A DNA stretch of 64,000 nt from Heptranchias perlo (lineage: Eukaryota), in contig NC_090353.1 in NCBI RefSeq assembly GCF_035084215.1, forward strand, positions 19,902,001 through 19,966,000, given 5' to 3'. Of the stretch, positions 42,001-57,000 are shown piece after piece. The notes beneath the pieces were generated by a model that searched no databases, had not been told where the DNA came from, and saw only the letters and a list, made by a program, of their open reading frames with translations. Position 1 is the stretch's first letter; every line of letters starts with the position of its first letter. Position numbers and translations under genes: made by a program.

Positions 42001-45000
42001 CATCTGTAGTGGGTAAGTTGTTCGAGGGTATTCTGAGGGACAGGATCTACAGGCATTTGGCGAGGCAGGGACTAATTAGGAACAGTCAGCATGGTTTTGT
42101 GAGAGGAAAATCATGTCTCACGAATTTGATTGAGTTTTTTGAAGGGGTAACCAAGAAGATAGATGAAGGCTGTGCAGTAGACGTGGTCTACATGGACTTC
42201 AGCAAATCCTTTGACAAGGTACCGCATGGTAGGTTGTTACATAAGGTTAAATCTCATGGGATCCAAGGTGAGGTAGCCAATTGGATACAAAATTGGCTTG
42301 ACGACAGAAGACAGTGGGTGGTTGCAGAGGGTTGTTTTTCAAACTGGATGCCTGTGTCCAGCGGTGTGCCTCAGGGATCGGTGCTGGGTCCGCTGTTATT
42401 TGTTATTTATATTAATGATTTGGATGAGAATTTAGGAGGCATGGTTAGTAAGTTTGCAGATGACACCAAGATTGGTGGCATTGTGGACAGTGAAGAAGGT
42501 TATCTAGGATTGCAACGGGATCTTGATAAATTGGGCCAGTGGGCCGATGAATGGCAGATGGAGTTTAATTTAGATAAATGTGAGGTGATGCATTTTGGTA
42601 GATCGAATCGGGCCAGGACCTACTCCGTTAATGGTAGGGCGTTGGGGAGAGTTATAGAACAAAGAGATCTAGGAGTACAGGTTCATAGCTCCTTGAAAGT
42701 GGAGTCACAGGTGGATAGGGTGGTGAAGAAGGCATTCGGCATGCTTGCTTTCATTGGTCAGAACATTGAATGCAGGAGTTGGGATGTCTTGTTGAAGTTG
42801 TACAGGGCATTGGTGAGGCCACACTTGGAGTACTGTGTACAGTTCTGGTCACCCTATTATAGAAAGGATATTATTAAACTAGAAAGAGTGCAGAAAAGAT
42901 TTACTAGGATGCTACCGGGACTTGATGGTTTGACTTATAGGGAGAGGTTAGACAGACTGGGACTTTTTTCCCTGGAGAGTAGGAGGTTAAGGGGTGATCT
43001 AAAAGAAGTCTATAAAATAATGAGGGGCATAGATAAGGTACATAGTCAAAATCTTTTCCCAAAGGTAGGGGAGTCGAGAACGAGGGGGCATAGATTTAAG
43101 GTGAGAGGGGAGAGATAAAAAAGTGTCCAGAGGGGCAATTTTTTCACTCAAAGGGTGGTGAGTGTCTGGAACGAGCTGCCAGAGGCAGTAGTAGAGGCGG
43201 GTACAATTTTGTCTTTTAAAAAGCATTTGGACAGTTACATGGGTAAGATGGGTATAGAGGGATATGGGCCAAGTGCAGGAAATTGCGACTAGCTTAGTGG
43301 TATAAACTGGGCGACATGGACATGTTGGGCCGAAGGGCCTGTTTCCATGTTGTAACTTCTATGATTCTATGATTCTTCGCAGCACAACTGTAGCTGACAA
43401 CACACGACAATAATATTTTGTTATTATTGCTCAAGTATGTTTCTAAACTTGCATTAGATTAAACAGAATCTGAATTAAACTGCTGATCAAAGTGTGCTGG
43501 TACACTCACCGCTTGTAGAAGTGAGTGGTGTTATTGAGATTGCTGTTAATTCAATTGTCAATGTTTGTGAGATGCTCTCTGCAGTTGTCGGTACTGTTGT
43601 ACTTGTTGAGGCTGGAGCTGATATAGAGGTCGGTGCTGCGGTGGAGGTCTGTGGACTTGCAGTGGATGCTTCTGTTGTTGCTGTCAAAGTAACTGATGTC
43701 ATTGTTGAGGCAAACATAAAACTTGGAACAACATACTACGAATTATGCATTTAAGATAAGTTGCTCTGTATTTTTAAAACCGATATAGAATGCAAATTAC
43801 TGAGTAATATAACATATCCATGTTGCAACAGCACCAGAGCGTCAACTGACAATTGCACGTGATTCTTCGCAGCACAATTGTAGCTGACAACAAACCACAA
43901 TAATATTTTGTATTATTGCTCGAGTATGTTTCTAAACTTGCATTAGATTGAATGGAATCAGAATTGCACCGCTGATAAAAGTGTGCTGGTATACTCACCA
44001 CTTGTTGAAGTGAGTGGTGTGGTTAAGATTGCTGTTGATTCAATTGCCGATGTTTCAGAGGTGTTCTCTGCAGTTGTTGGTGCTAATGTACTTGTTGAGG
44101 CGGGAGCTGATCTCGAGGTCGTTGCTGCAATGGAGGTCTGTGTACTTGCAGTGGATGCTTCTGTTATTGCTGTGCAAGTAACTCATCTCATTATTGTGGC
44201 AAACATAAAACTTGAAAAAACATGCTATGAATTATGCATTTAAGACAAACTGCTCTATTTATTTTTCATACCGATATAGAATGTAAATTAGTTACAAATA
44301 TAACATATCCATGTTGCAACAGCAGCAGAGTGTCAACTGACAATTGCACGTGATTCTTCGCAGCACAACTGTAGCTAACAACAAACCACAATAATATTTT
44401 GTTGTTATTGCTCGAGTATGTTTCTAAACTTGCATTAGATTGAATGGAATCAGAATTAAACTGCTGGTAAAAGTGTGCTGGTATACTCACCACTTGTTGA
44501 AGTGAGTGGTGTGGTTGATATTGCTGTTGATTCAATTGTCAATGTTTGTGAGGTGCTCTCTGCAGTTGTAGGTACTGTTGTACTTGTTGAGGCGGGAGCT
44601 GATATAGAGGTCGGTGCTGCGGTGGAGGTCTGTGTACTTGCAGTGGATGCTTCTGTTGTTGCTGTGAAAGTAACTGATCTCATTATTGTGGCAAACATAA
44701 AACTTGAAAAAACATGCTATGAATTATGCAGAGACAAATTGCTTTGTATTTTTAACCTCTAGATATAATGCAAATTACTGAGTAATATAACTTATCCATG
44801 TTGCAACAGCAGCAGAATGTCAAGTGACAAAGCCATAAGATTCTCTGCTGAATTATTTTAGCTGACAACATTCCACAATAATATTTTGTTATTATTGCTC
44901 GAGTATGTTTCTAAACTTGCATTAGATTGAACGGAATCAGAATTGCACCGCTGATAAAAGTGTGCTGGTATACTCACCACTTGTTGAAGTGAGTGGTGTG

Positions 45001-48000
45001 GTTAAGATTGCTGTTGATTCAATTGTCACTGTTTGAGAGGTGCTCTCTGCAGTTGTCGGTACTGTTGTACTTGTTGAGGCGGGAGCTGATGTCGAGGTCA
45101 TTGCTGCGGTGGAGGTCTCTGTACTTGCAGTTGATGCTTCTGTTGTTGCTGTGAAAGTAACTGATCTCATTATTGAGGCAAACATAAAATTTGGTAGAAC
45201 ACACTGAATTATACATTTAGGACAAATTGCTCTGTATTTTTAATACCTAGATACAATGCAAATTACTGAGTAATATAATATATTCATGTTGCAACAGCAG
45301 CAGATTGTCAACTGATAATTGCATGTGATTCTTCACAGCACTATTGCAGCTGACAACACACAACAACAATATTTTGTTACTTTTTGCTGAAGCATATTTG
45401 CAAACTTGCATTAGAGAGAAAGGAATCAGAATGAAACGGTTCATAAGGGTGCACTAGTCTACACACCACTTGTTGTGGAAGTGAGTTGTGTTGATGAGAT
45501 TGTCGTTGATTCACTTGTCGAAGCTTGAGTCGTGCTTTCTGTGGTTGTTGGTACTGTTGTAATTGTTGAGGCGGGAGCTGATGTAGAGGTCGCTACTGCA
45601 GTGGAGGTGTGTGTACTTGCAGTGGATGCTTCTGTTGTTGCTGTGAAAGTAACTGATCTCATTATTGTGGCAAACATAAAACTTGAAAAAACATACCATG
45701 AATTATGCATGAGAGACAACTTGCGATGTATTTCCATCCTCTAGATATGATGCAAATTACTCAGTAATATAACATATCCATGTTGGAACAACAGCAAAAT
45801 GTCAAGTGACAAAGCCATAAGATTCTCTGCTGAATTATTGTAGCTGACAACATTCTACAATAATATTTTGTTACTATTGCTCGAGTATGTTTCTAACCTT
45901 GCATTAGATTGAATGGAATCAGAATTAAACTGCTGGTAAAAGTGTGCTGGTATACTCACCACTTGTTGAAGTGAGTGGTGTGATTGATATTGCTGTTGAT
46001 TCAATTGTCACTGTTTGAGAGGAGCTCTCTGCAGTTGTCGGTACTGTTGTACTTGTTGAGGCGGGAGCTGATGTTGAGGTCGGTGCTGCAGCGGAGGTCT
46101 GTGTACTTGTAGTTGATACTTCTGTTGTTGCTGTGAAAGTAATTGATCTTATTATTGAGGCAAACATAAAACTTGGAACAACATACTCCGAATTATGCAT
46201 TTAAGACAAACTGCTCTGTTTATTTTTCATACCTATATAGAATGTAAATTAGTTACAAATATAACATGTCCATGTTGCAACAGCAGCAGAGTGTCAACTG
46301 ACAATTGCACGTGATTCTTCGCAGCACAACTGTAGCTGACAACACACGACAATAATATTTTGTAATTATTGCTCAAGTTTGTTTCTAAACTTGCATTAGA
46401 TTAAACAGAATCTGAATTAAACTACTGATCAAAGTATGCTGGTACACTCACCGCTTGTAGAAGTGAGTGGTGTGGTTGAGATTGCTGTTGATTCAATTGT
46501 CAATGTTTGTGAGGTGCTCTCTGCAGTTGTCGGTACTGTTGTACTTGTTGAGGCTGGAGCTGATATCGAGGTCGGTGCTGCGGTGGAGGTCTGTGTACTT
46601 GCAGTGGATGCTTCTGTTGTTGCTGTGAAAGTAACTGATCTCATTATTGTGGCAAACATAAAACTTGAAAAAACATACTATGAATTATGCATGAGAGACA
46701 ACTTGCTATGTATTTCCAACCTCTAGATATGATGCAAATTACTCAGTAATATAACTTATCCATGTTGCAACAGCAGCAGAATGTCAAGTGACAAAGCCAT
46801 AAGATTCTCTGCTGAATTATTTTAGCTGACAACATTCGACAATAATATTTTGTTATTATTGCTCGAGTATGTTTCTAAACTTGAATTAGATTGAACGGAA
46901 TCAGAATTGCACCGCTGATAAAAGTGTGCTGGTATACTCACCACTTGTTGAAGTGAGTGGTGTGGTTGAGATTGCTGTTGATTCAATTGTCAATGTTTGA
47001 GAGGTGCTCTCTGCAGTTGTCGGGACTGTTGTTCTTGTTGAGGCGGGAGCTGATGTCGAGGTCATTGCTGCGGTGGAGGTCTCTGTACTTGCAGTGGATG
47101 CTTCTGTTGTTGCTGTGAAAGTAACTGATCTCATTATTGTGGCAAACATAAAACTTGAAAAAACATACCATGAATTATGCATGAGAGACAACTTGCGATG
47201 TATTTCCAACCTCTAGATATGTTGCAAATTACTCAGTAATATAACATATCCATGTTGGAACAACAGCAAAATGTCAAGTGACAAAGCCATAAGATTCTCT
47301 GCTGAATTATTGTAGCTGACAACAAACCACAATAATATTTTGTTATTATTGCTCGAGTATGTTTCTAAACTTGCATTAGATTGAATGGAATCAGAATTAA
47401 ACTGCTGATAAAAGTGTGCTGGTATACTGACCACTTGTTGAAGTGAGTGGTGTGGTTAAGATTGCTGTTGATTCAATTGTCACTGTTTGAGAGGTGCTCT
47501 CTGCAGTTGTCGGGACTGTTGTACTTGTTGAGGCGGGAGCTGATGCAGAGGTCATTGCTGCAGTGGAGGTCTCTGTACTTGCAGTGGATGCTTCTGTTGT
47601 TGCTGTGAAAGTAACTGATCTCATTATTGAGGCAAACATAAAATTTGGTAGAACACACTGAATTATACATTAAGGACAAATTGCTCTGTATTTTTAACAC
47701 CGAGATACAATGCAAATTACTGAGTAATATAACATATTCATGTTGCAACAGCAGCAGATTGTCAACTGATAATTGCACGTGATTCTTCACAGCACTATTG
47801 CAGCTGACAACACACAACAACAATATTTTGTTACTTTTTGCTGAAGCATATTTGCAAACTTGCTTTGGAGAGAATGGAATCAGAATGAAACGGTTCATAA
47901 GGGTGCACTAGTCTACACACCACTTGTTGTTGAAGTGAGTTGTGTTGATGAGATTGTCGTTGATTCACTTGTCGAAGCTTGAGTCGTGCTTTCTGTGGTT

Positions 48001-51000
48001 GTTGGTACTGTTGTAATTGTTGCGGCGGGAGCTGATGAAGAGGTCGCTACTGCAGTGGAGGTCTGTGTACTTGCAGTGGATGCTTCTGTTGTTGCTGTGA
48101 AAGTAACTGATCTCATTATTGTGGCAAACATAAAACTTGAAAAAACATACTATGAATTATGCATGAGAGACAACTTGCTATGTATTTCCATCCTCGAGAT
48201 ATGATGCAAATTACTCAGTGATATAACATATCCATGTTGGAACAACAGCAAAATGTCAAGTGACAAAGCCATAAGATTCTCTGCTGAATTATTGTAGCTG
48301 ACAACAAACCACAATAATATTTTGTTATTATTGCTCGAGTATGTTTCTAAACTTGCATTAGATTGAATGGAATTAGAATTAAACTGCTGATAAAAGTGTG
48401 CTGGTATACTCACCACTTGTTGAAGTGAGTGGTGTGGTTGATATTGCTGTTGATTCAATTGTCACTGTTTGTGAGGTGCTCTCTGCAGTTGTAGGTACTG
48501 TTGTACTTGTTGAGGCTGGAGCTGATACAGAGGTCGGTGCTGCGGTGGAGGTCTGTGTACTTGCAGTGGATGCTTCTGTTGTTGCTGTGAAAGTAACTGA
48601 TCTCATTATTGTGGCAAACATAAAACTTGAAAAAACATACTATGAATTGTGCAGAGACAAATTGCTTTGTATTTTTAACCTCTAGCTATGATGCAAATTA
48701 CTGAGTAATATAACATATTCATGTTGCAACAGCAGCAGAATGTCAAGTGATAAAGCCATAAGATTCTCTGCTGAATTATTGTAGCTGACAACAAACCACA
48801 ATAATATTTTGTTATTATTGCTCGAGTTTGTTTCTAAACTTGCATTAGATTGAATGGAATCAGAATTAAACTGCTGATAAAAGTGTGCTGGTATACTCAC
48901 CACTTGTTGAAGTGAGTGGTGTGGTTGAGATTGCAATTGATTCAATTGTCACTGTTTGAGAGGAGCTCTCTGCAGTTGTCGGTACTGTTGTACTTGTTGA
49001 GGCTGGAGCTGATATAAAGGTCGCTGCTGCGGTGGAGGTCTGTGTAATTGCAGTGGATGCTTCTGTTGTTGCTGTGAAAGTAACTGATCTCATTATTGTG
49101 GCAAACATAAAACTTGAAAAAACATACTATGAATTATGCATTTAAGACAAACTGCTCTGTTTATTTTTCATACCTATAGAGAATGTAAATTAGTTACAAA
49201 TATAACATATCCATGTTGCAACAGCATCAGAGTGTCAACTGACAATTGCACGTGATTCTTCGCAGCACAACTGTAGCTGACAACAAACCACAATAATATT
49301 TTGTTGTTATTGCTCGAGTATGTTTCTAAACTTGCATTAGATTGAATGGAATCAGAATTAAACTGCTGATAAAAGTGTGCTGGTATACTGACCACTTGTT
49401 GAAGTGAGTGGTGTGGTTAAGATTGCTGTTGATTCAATTGTCACTGTTTGAGAGGTGCTCTCTGTAGTTGTCGGGACTGTTGTACTTGTTGAGGCGGGAG
49501 CTGATGTCGAGGTCATTGCTGCGGTGGAGGTCTGTGTACTTGCAGTGGATGCTTCTGTTGTTGCTGTGAAAGGAACTGATCTCATTATTGAGGCAAACAT
49601 AAAATTTGGTAGAACACACTGAATTATACATTAAGGACAAATTGCTCTGTATTTTTAACACCTAGATACAATGCAAATTACTGAGTAATATAACATATTC
49701 ATGTTGCAACAGCAGCAGATTGTTAACTGATAATTGGACGTGATTCTTCACAGCACTATTGCAGCTGACAACACACAACAACAATATTTTGTTACTTTTT
49801 GCTGAAGCATATTTGCAAACTTGCATTGGAGAGAATGGAATCAGAATGAAACGGTTCATAAGGGTGCACTAGTCTACACACCACTTGTTGTTGAAGTGAG
49901 TTGTGTTGATGAGATTGTCGTTGATTCACTTGTCGAAGCTTGAGTCGTGCTTTCTGTGGTTGTTGGTACTGTTGTAATTGTTGCGGCGGGAGCTGATGTG
50001 GAGGTTGCTACTGCAGTGGAGGTCTGTGCACTTGCAGTGGATGCTTCTGTTGTTGCTGTGAAAGTAACTGATCTCATTATTGTGGCAAACATAAAACTTG
50101 AAAAAACATACCATGAATTATGCATGAGAGACAATTTGCTTTGTATTTCCATCCTCCAGATATGATGCAAATTACTCAGTGATATAACATATCCATGTTG
50201 GACCAACAGCAAAATATCAAGTGACAAAGCCATAAGATTCTCTGCTGAATTATTGTAGCTGACAACAAACCACAATAATATTTTGTTATTATTGCTCGAG
50301 TATGTTTCCAAACTTGCATTCGATTGAATGGAATCAGAATTAAACTGCTGATAAAAGTGTGCTGGTATACTCACCACTTGTTGAAGTGAGTGGTGTGGTT
50401 GATATTGCTGTTGATTCAATTGTCAATGTTTGTGAGGTGCTCTCTGCAGTTGTAGGTACTGTTGTACTTGTTGAGGCTGGAGCTGATACAGAGGTCGGTG
50501 CTGCGGTGGAGGTCTGTGTACTTGCAGTGGATGCTTCTGTTGTTGCTGTGAAAGTAACTGATCTCATTATTGTGGCAAACATAAAACTTGAAAAAACATA
50601 CTATGAATTATGCAGAGACAAATTGCTTTGTATTTTTAACCTCTAGATATAATGCAAATTACTGAGTAATATAACATATTCATGTTGCAACAGCAGCAGA
50701 ATGTCAAGTGACAAAGCCATAAGATTCTCTGCTGAATTATTGTAGCTGACAACAAACCACAATAATATTTTGTTATTATTGCTCGAGTTTGTTTCTAAAC
50801 TTGCATTAGATTGAATGGAATCAGAATTAAACTGCTGATAAAAGTGTGCTGGTATACTCACCACTTGATGAAGTGAGTGGTGTGGTTGAGATTGCAATTG
50901 ATTCAATTGTCACTGTTTGAGAGGAGCTCTCTGCAGTTGTCGGTGCTGTTGTACTTGTTGAGGTGGGAGCTGATGTTGAGGTCGCTGCTGCGGTGGAGGT

Positions 51001-54000
51001 CTGTGTAATTGCAGTGGATGCTTCTGTTGTTGCTGTGAAAGTAACTGATCTCATTATTGTGGCAAACATAAAACTTGAAAAAACATACTATGAATTATGC
51101 ATTTAAGACAAACTGCTCTGTTTATTTTTCATACCTATAGAGAATGTAAATTAGTTACAAATATAACATATCCATGCAGCAACAGCATCAGAGTGTCAAC
51201 TGACAATTGCACGTGATTCTTCGCAGCACAACTGTAGCTGACAACAAACCACAATAATATTTTGTTGTTATTGCTCGAGTATGTTTCTAAACTTGCATTA
51301 GATTGAATGGAATCAGAATTAAACTGCTGATAAAAGTGTGCTGGTATGCTCACCACTTGTTGAAGTGAGTGGTGTGGTTGAGATTGCTGTTGATTCAATT
51401 GTCACTGTTTGAGAGGAGCTCTCTGCAGTTGTCGGTACTGTTGTACTTGTTGAGGCTGGAGCTGATATAGAGGTCGGTGCTGCGTTGGAGGTCTGTGTAC
51501 TTGCAGTGGATGCTTCTGTTGTTGCTGTGAAAGCAACTGATCTCATTATTGTGGCAAACATAAAACTTGAAAAAACATATTATGAATTATGCGGAGACAA
51601 ATTGCTTTGTATTTTTAACCTCTGGATATAATGCAAATTACTGAGTAATATAACTTATCCATGTTGCAACAGCAGCAGAATGTCAAGTGACAAAGCCATA
51701 AGATTCTCTGCTGAATTATTTTAGCTGACAACATTCTACAATAATATTTTGTTGTTATTGCTCGAGTATGTTTCTAAACTTGAATTAGATTGAACGGAAT
51801 CAGAATTGCACCGCTGATAAAAGTGTGCTGGTATACTCACCACTTGTTGAAGTGAGTGGTGTGGTTAAGATTGCTGTTGATTCAATTGTCACTGTTTGAG
51901 AGGTGCTCTCTGCAGTTGTCGGTACTGTTGTACTTGTTGAGGTGGGAGCTGATGTAGAGGTCATTGCTGCGGTGGAGGTCTGTGTACTTGCAGTGGATGC
52001 TTCTGTTGTTGCTGTGAAAGTAACTGATCTCATTATTGTGGCAAACATAAAACTTGAAAAAACATACTATGAATTGTGCAGAGACAAATTGCTTTGTATT
52101 TTTAACCTCTAGATATAATGCAAATTACTGAGTAATATAACATATTCATGTTGCAACAGCAGCAGAATGTCAAGTGACAAAGCCATAAGATTCTCTGCTG
52201 AATTATTGTAGCTGACAACATTCTACAATAATATTTTGTTATTATTGCTCGAGTATGTTTCTAAACTTGCATTAGATTGAATGGAATCAGAATTAAACTG
52301 CTGATAAAAGTGTGCTGGTATACTCACCACTTGTTGAAGTGAGTGGTGTGGTTGATATTGCTGTTGATTCAATTGTCAATGTTTGTGAGGTGCTCTCTGC
52401 AGTTGTCGATACTGTTGTACTTGTTGAGGCGGGAGTTGATATAGAGGTCGGTGCTGCGGTGGAGGTCTGTGTACTTGCAGTGGATGCTTCTGTTGTTGCT
52501 GTGAAAGTAACTGATCTCATTATTGTGGCAAACATAAAACTTGAAAAAACATACTATGAATTATGCATTTAAGACAAACTGCTCTGTTTATTTTTCATAC
52601 CGATAGAGAATGTAAATTAGTTACAAATATAACATATCCATGTTGCAACAGCATCAGAGTGTCAACTGACAATTGCACGTGATTCTTCGCAGCACAACTG
52701 TAGCTGACAACAAACCACAATAATATTTTGTTGTTATTGCTCGAGTATGTTTCTAAACTTGCATGAGATTGAATGGAATCAGAATTAAACTGCTGATAAA
52801 AGTGTGCTGGTATACTCACCACTTGTTGAAGTGAGTGGTGTGGTTGAGATTGCTGTTGATTCAATTGTCACTGTTTGAGAGGAGCTGTCTGCAGTTGTCG
52901 GTACTGTTGTACTTGTTGAGGCTGGAGCTGATATAGAGGTCGGTGCTGCGGTGGAGGTCTGTGTACTTGCAGTGGATGCCTCTGTTGTTGCTGTGAAAGC
53001 AACTGATCTCATTATTGTGGCAAACATAAAACTTGAAAAAACATACCATGAATTATGCATGAGAGACAACTTGCTATGTATTTCCAACCTCTAGATATGA
53101 TGCAAATTACTCAGTAATATAACTTATCCATGTTGCAACAGCAGCAGAATGTCAAGTGACAAAGCCATAAGATGCTCTGCTGAATTATTTTAGCTGACAA
53201 CATTCGACAATAATATTTTGTTATTATTGCTCGAGTATGTTTCTAAACTTGAATTAGATTGAACGGAATCAGAATTGCACCGCTGATAAAAGTGTGCTGG
53301 TATACTCACCACTTGTTGAAGTGAGTGGTGTGGTTGAGATTGCTGTTGATTCAATTGTCAATGTTTGAGAGGTGCTCTCTGCAGTTGTCGGGACTGTTGT
53401 TCTTGTTGAGGCGGGAGCTGATGTCGAGGTCATTGCTGCGGTGGAGGTCTCTGTACTTGCAGTGGATGCTTCTGTTGTTGCTGTGAAAGTAACTGATCTC
53501 ATTATTGTGGCAAACATAAAACTTGAAAAAACATACCATGAATTATGCATGAGAGACAACTTGCGATGTATTTCCAACCTCTAGATATGTTGCAAATTAC
53601 TCAGTAACATAACATATCCATGTTGGAACAACAGCAAAATGTCAAGTGACAAAGCCATAAGATTCTCTGCTGAATTATTGTAGCTGACAACAAACCACAA
53701 TAATATTTTGTTATTATTGCTCGAGTATGTTTCTAAACTTGCATTAGATTGAATGGAATCAGAATTAAACTGCTGATAAAAGTGTGCTGGTATACTGACC
53801 ACTTGTTGAAGTGAGTGGTGTGGTTAAGATTGCTGTTGATTCAATTGTCACTGTTTGAGAGGTGCTCTCTGCAGTTGTCGGGACTGTTGTACTTGTTGAG
53901 GCGGGAGCTGATGTAGAGGTCATTGCTGCAGTGGAGGTCTCTGTACTTGCAGTGGATGCTTCTGTTGTTGCTGTGAAAGTAACTGATCTCATTATTGAGG

Positions 54001-57000
54001 CAAACATAAAATTTGGTAGAACACACTGAATTATACATTAAGGACAAATTGCTCTGTATTTTTAACACCGAGATACAATGCAAATTACTGAGTAATATAA
54101 CATATTCATGTTGCAACAGCAGCAGATTGTCAACTGATAATTGCATGTGATTCTTCACAGAACTATTGCAGCTGACAACACACAACAACAATATTTTGTT
54201 ACTTTTTGCTGAAGCATATTTGCAAACTTGCTTTGGAGAGAATGGAATCAGAATGAAACGGTTCATAAGGGTGCACTAGTCTACACACCACTTGTTGTTG
54301 AAGTGAGTTGTGTTGATGAGATTGTCGTTGATTCACTTGTCGAAGCTTGAGTCGTGCTTTCTGTGGTTGTTGGTACTGTTGTAATTGTTGCGGCGGGAGC
54401 TGATGAAGAGGTCGCTACTGCAGTGGAGGTCTGTGTACTTGCAGTGGATGCTTCTGTTGTTGCTGTGAAAGGAACTGATCTCATTATTGTGGCAAACATA
54501 AAACTTGAAAAAACAAACTATGAATTATGCATCAGAGACAACTTGCTTTGTATTTCCATCCTCGAGATATGATGCAAATTACTCAGTGATATAACATATC
54601 CATGTTGGAAGAACAGCAAAATGTCAAGTGACAAAGCCATAAGATTCTCTGCTGAATTATTGTAGCTGACAACAAACCACAATAATATTTTGTTATTATT
54701 GCTCGAGTATGTTTCTAAACTTGCATTCGATTGAATGGAATTAGAATTAAACTGCTGATAAAAGTGTGCTGGTATACTCACCACTTGTTGAAGTGAGTGG
54801 TGTGGTTGATATTGCTGTTGATTCAATTGTCAATGTTTGTGAGGTGCTCTCTGCAGTTGTAGGTACTGTTGTACTTGTTGAGGCTGGAGCTGATACAGAG
54901 GTCGGTGCTGCGGTGGAGGTCTGTGCACTTGCAGTGGATGCTTCTGTTGTTGCTGTGAAAGTAACTGATCTCATTATTGTGGCAAACATAAAACTTGAAA
55001 AAACATACTATGAATTGTGCAGAGACAAATTGCTTTGTATTTTTAACCTCTAGCTATGATGCAAATTACTGAGTAATATAACATATTCATGTTGCAACAG
55101 CAGCAGAATGTCAAGTGACAAAGCCATAAGATTCTCTGCTGAATTATTGTAGCTGACAACAAACCACAATAATATTTTGTTATTATTGCTCGAGTTTGTT
55201 TCTAAACTTGCATTAGATTGAATGGAATCAGAATTAAACTGCTGATAAAAGTGTGCTGGTATACTCACCACTTGTTGAAGTGAGTGGTGTGGTTGAGATT
55301 GCAATTGATTCAATTGTCACTGTTTGAGAGGAGCTCTCTGCAGTTGTAGGTACTGTTGTACTTGTTGAGGCTGGAGCTGATATAGAGGTCGCTGCTGCGG
55401 TGGAGGTCTGTGTACTTGCAGTGGATGCTTCTGTTGTTGCTGTGAAAGTAACTGATCTCATTATTGTGGCAAACATAAAACTTGAAAAAACATACTATGA
55501 ATTATGCATTTAAGACAAACTGCTCTGTTTATTTTTCATACCTATAGAGAATGTAAATTAGTTACAAATATAACATATCCATGTTGCAACAGCATCAGAG
55601 TGTCAACTGACAATTGCACGTGATTCTTCGCAGTACAACTGTAGCTGACAACAAACCACAATAATATTTTGTTGTTATTGCTCGAGTATGTTTCTAAACT
55701 TGCATTAGATTGAATGGAATCAGAATTAAACTGCTGATAAAAGTGTGCTGGTATACTCACCACTTGTTGAAGTGAGTGGTGTGGTTGAGATTGCTGTTGA
55801 TTCAATTGTCACTGTTTGAGAGGAGCTCTCTGCAGTTGTAGGTACTGTTGTACTTGTTGAGGCTGGAGCTGATATAGAGGTCGGTGCTGCGGTGGAGGTC
55901 TGTGTACTTGCAGTGGATGCTTCTGTTGTTGCTGTGAAAGTAACTGATCTCATTATTGTGGCAAACATAAAACTTGAAAAAACATACTATGAATTATGCG
56001 GAGACAAATTGCTTTGTATTTTTAACCTCTAGATATAATGCAAATTACTGAGTAATATAACATATTCATGTTGCAACAGCAGCAGAATGTCAAGTGACAA
56101 AGCCATCAGATTCTCTGCTGAATTACTGTTGCTGACAACATTCTACAATAATATTTTGTTACTATTGCTCGAGTATGTTTCTAAACTTGCATTAGACTCA
56201 ATGGAATCAGAATTAAACTGCTGATAAAAGTGTGCTGGGATACTCACCACTTGTTGAAGTGAGTGGTGTGGTTGATATTGCTGTTGATTCAATTGTCACT
56301 GTTTGAGAGGAGATCTCTGCAGTTGTCGGTACTGTTGTACTTGTTGAGGCGGGAGCTGATGCTGAGGTCGGTGCTGCAGCGGAGGTCTGTGTACTTGTAG
56401 TTGATACTTCTGTTGTTGCTGTGAAAGTAATTGATCTTATTATTGAGGCAAACATAAAACTTGGAACAACATACTCCGAATTATGCATTTAAGACAAACT
56501 GCTCTGTTTATTTTTCACACCTATATAGAATGTAAATTAGTTACAAATATAACATATCCATGTTGCAACAGCAGCAGAGTGTCAACTGACAATTGCACGT
56601 GATTCTTCGCAGCACAACTGTAGCTGACAACACACGACAATAATATTTTGTTATTATTGCTCAAGTATGTTTCTAAACTTGCATTAGATTAAACAGAATC
56701 TGAATTAAACTGCTGATCAAAGTATGCTGGTACACTCACCGCTTGTAGAAGTGAGTGGTGTGGTTGAGATTGCTGTTGATTCAATTGTCAATGTTTGTGA
56801 GGTGCTCTCTGCAGTTGTCGGTACTGTTGTACTTGTTGAGGCTGGAGCTGATATCGAGGTCGGTGCTGCGGTGGAGGTCTGTGTACTTGCAGTGGATGCT
56901 TCTGTTGTTGCTGTGAAAGTAACTGATCTCATTATTGTGGCAAACATAAAACTTGAAAAAACATACCATGAATTATGCATGAGAGACAACTTGCTATGTA

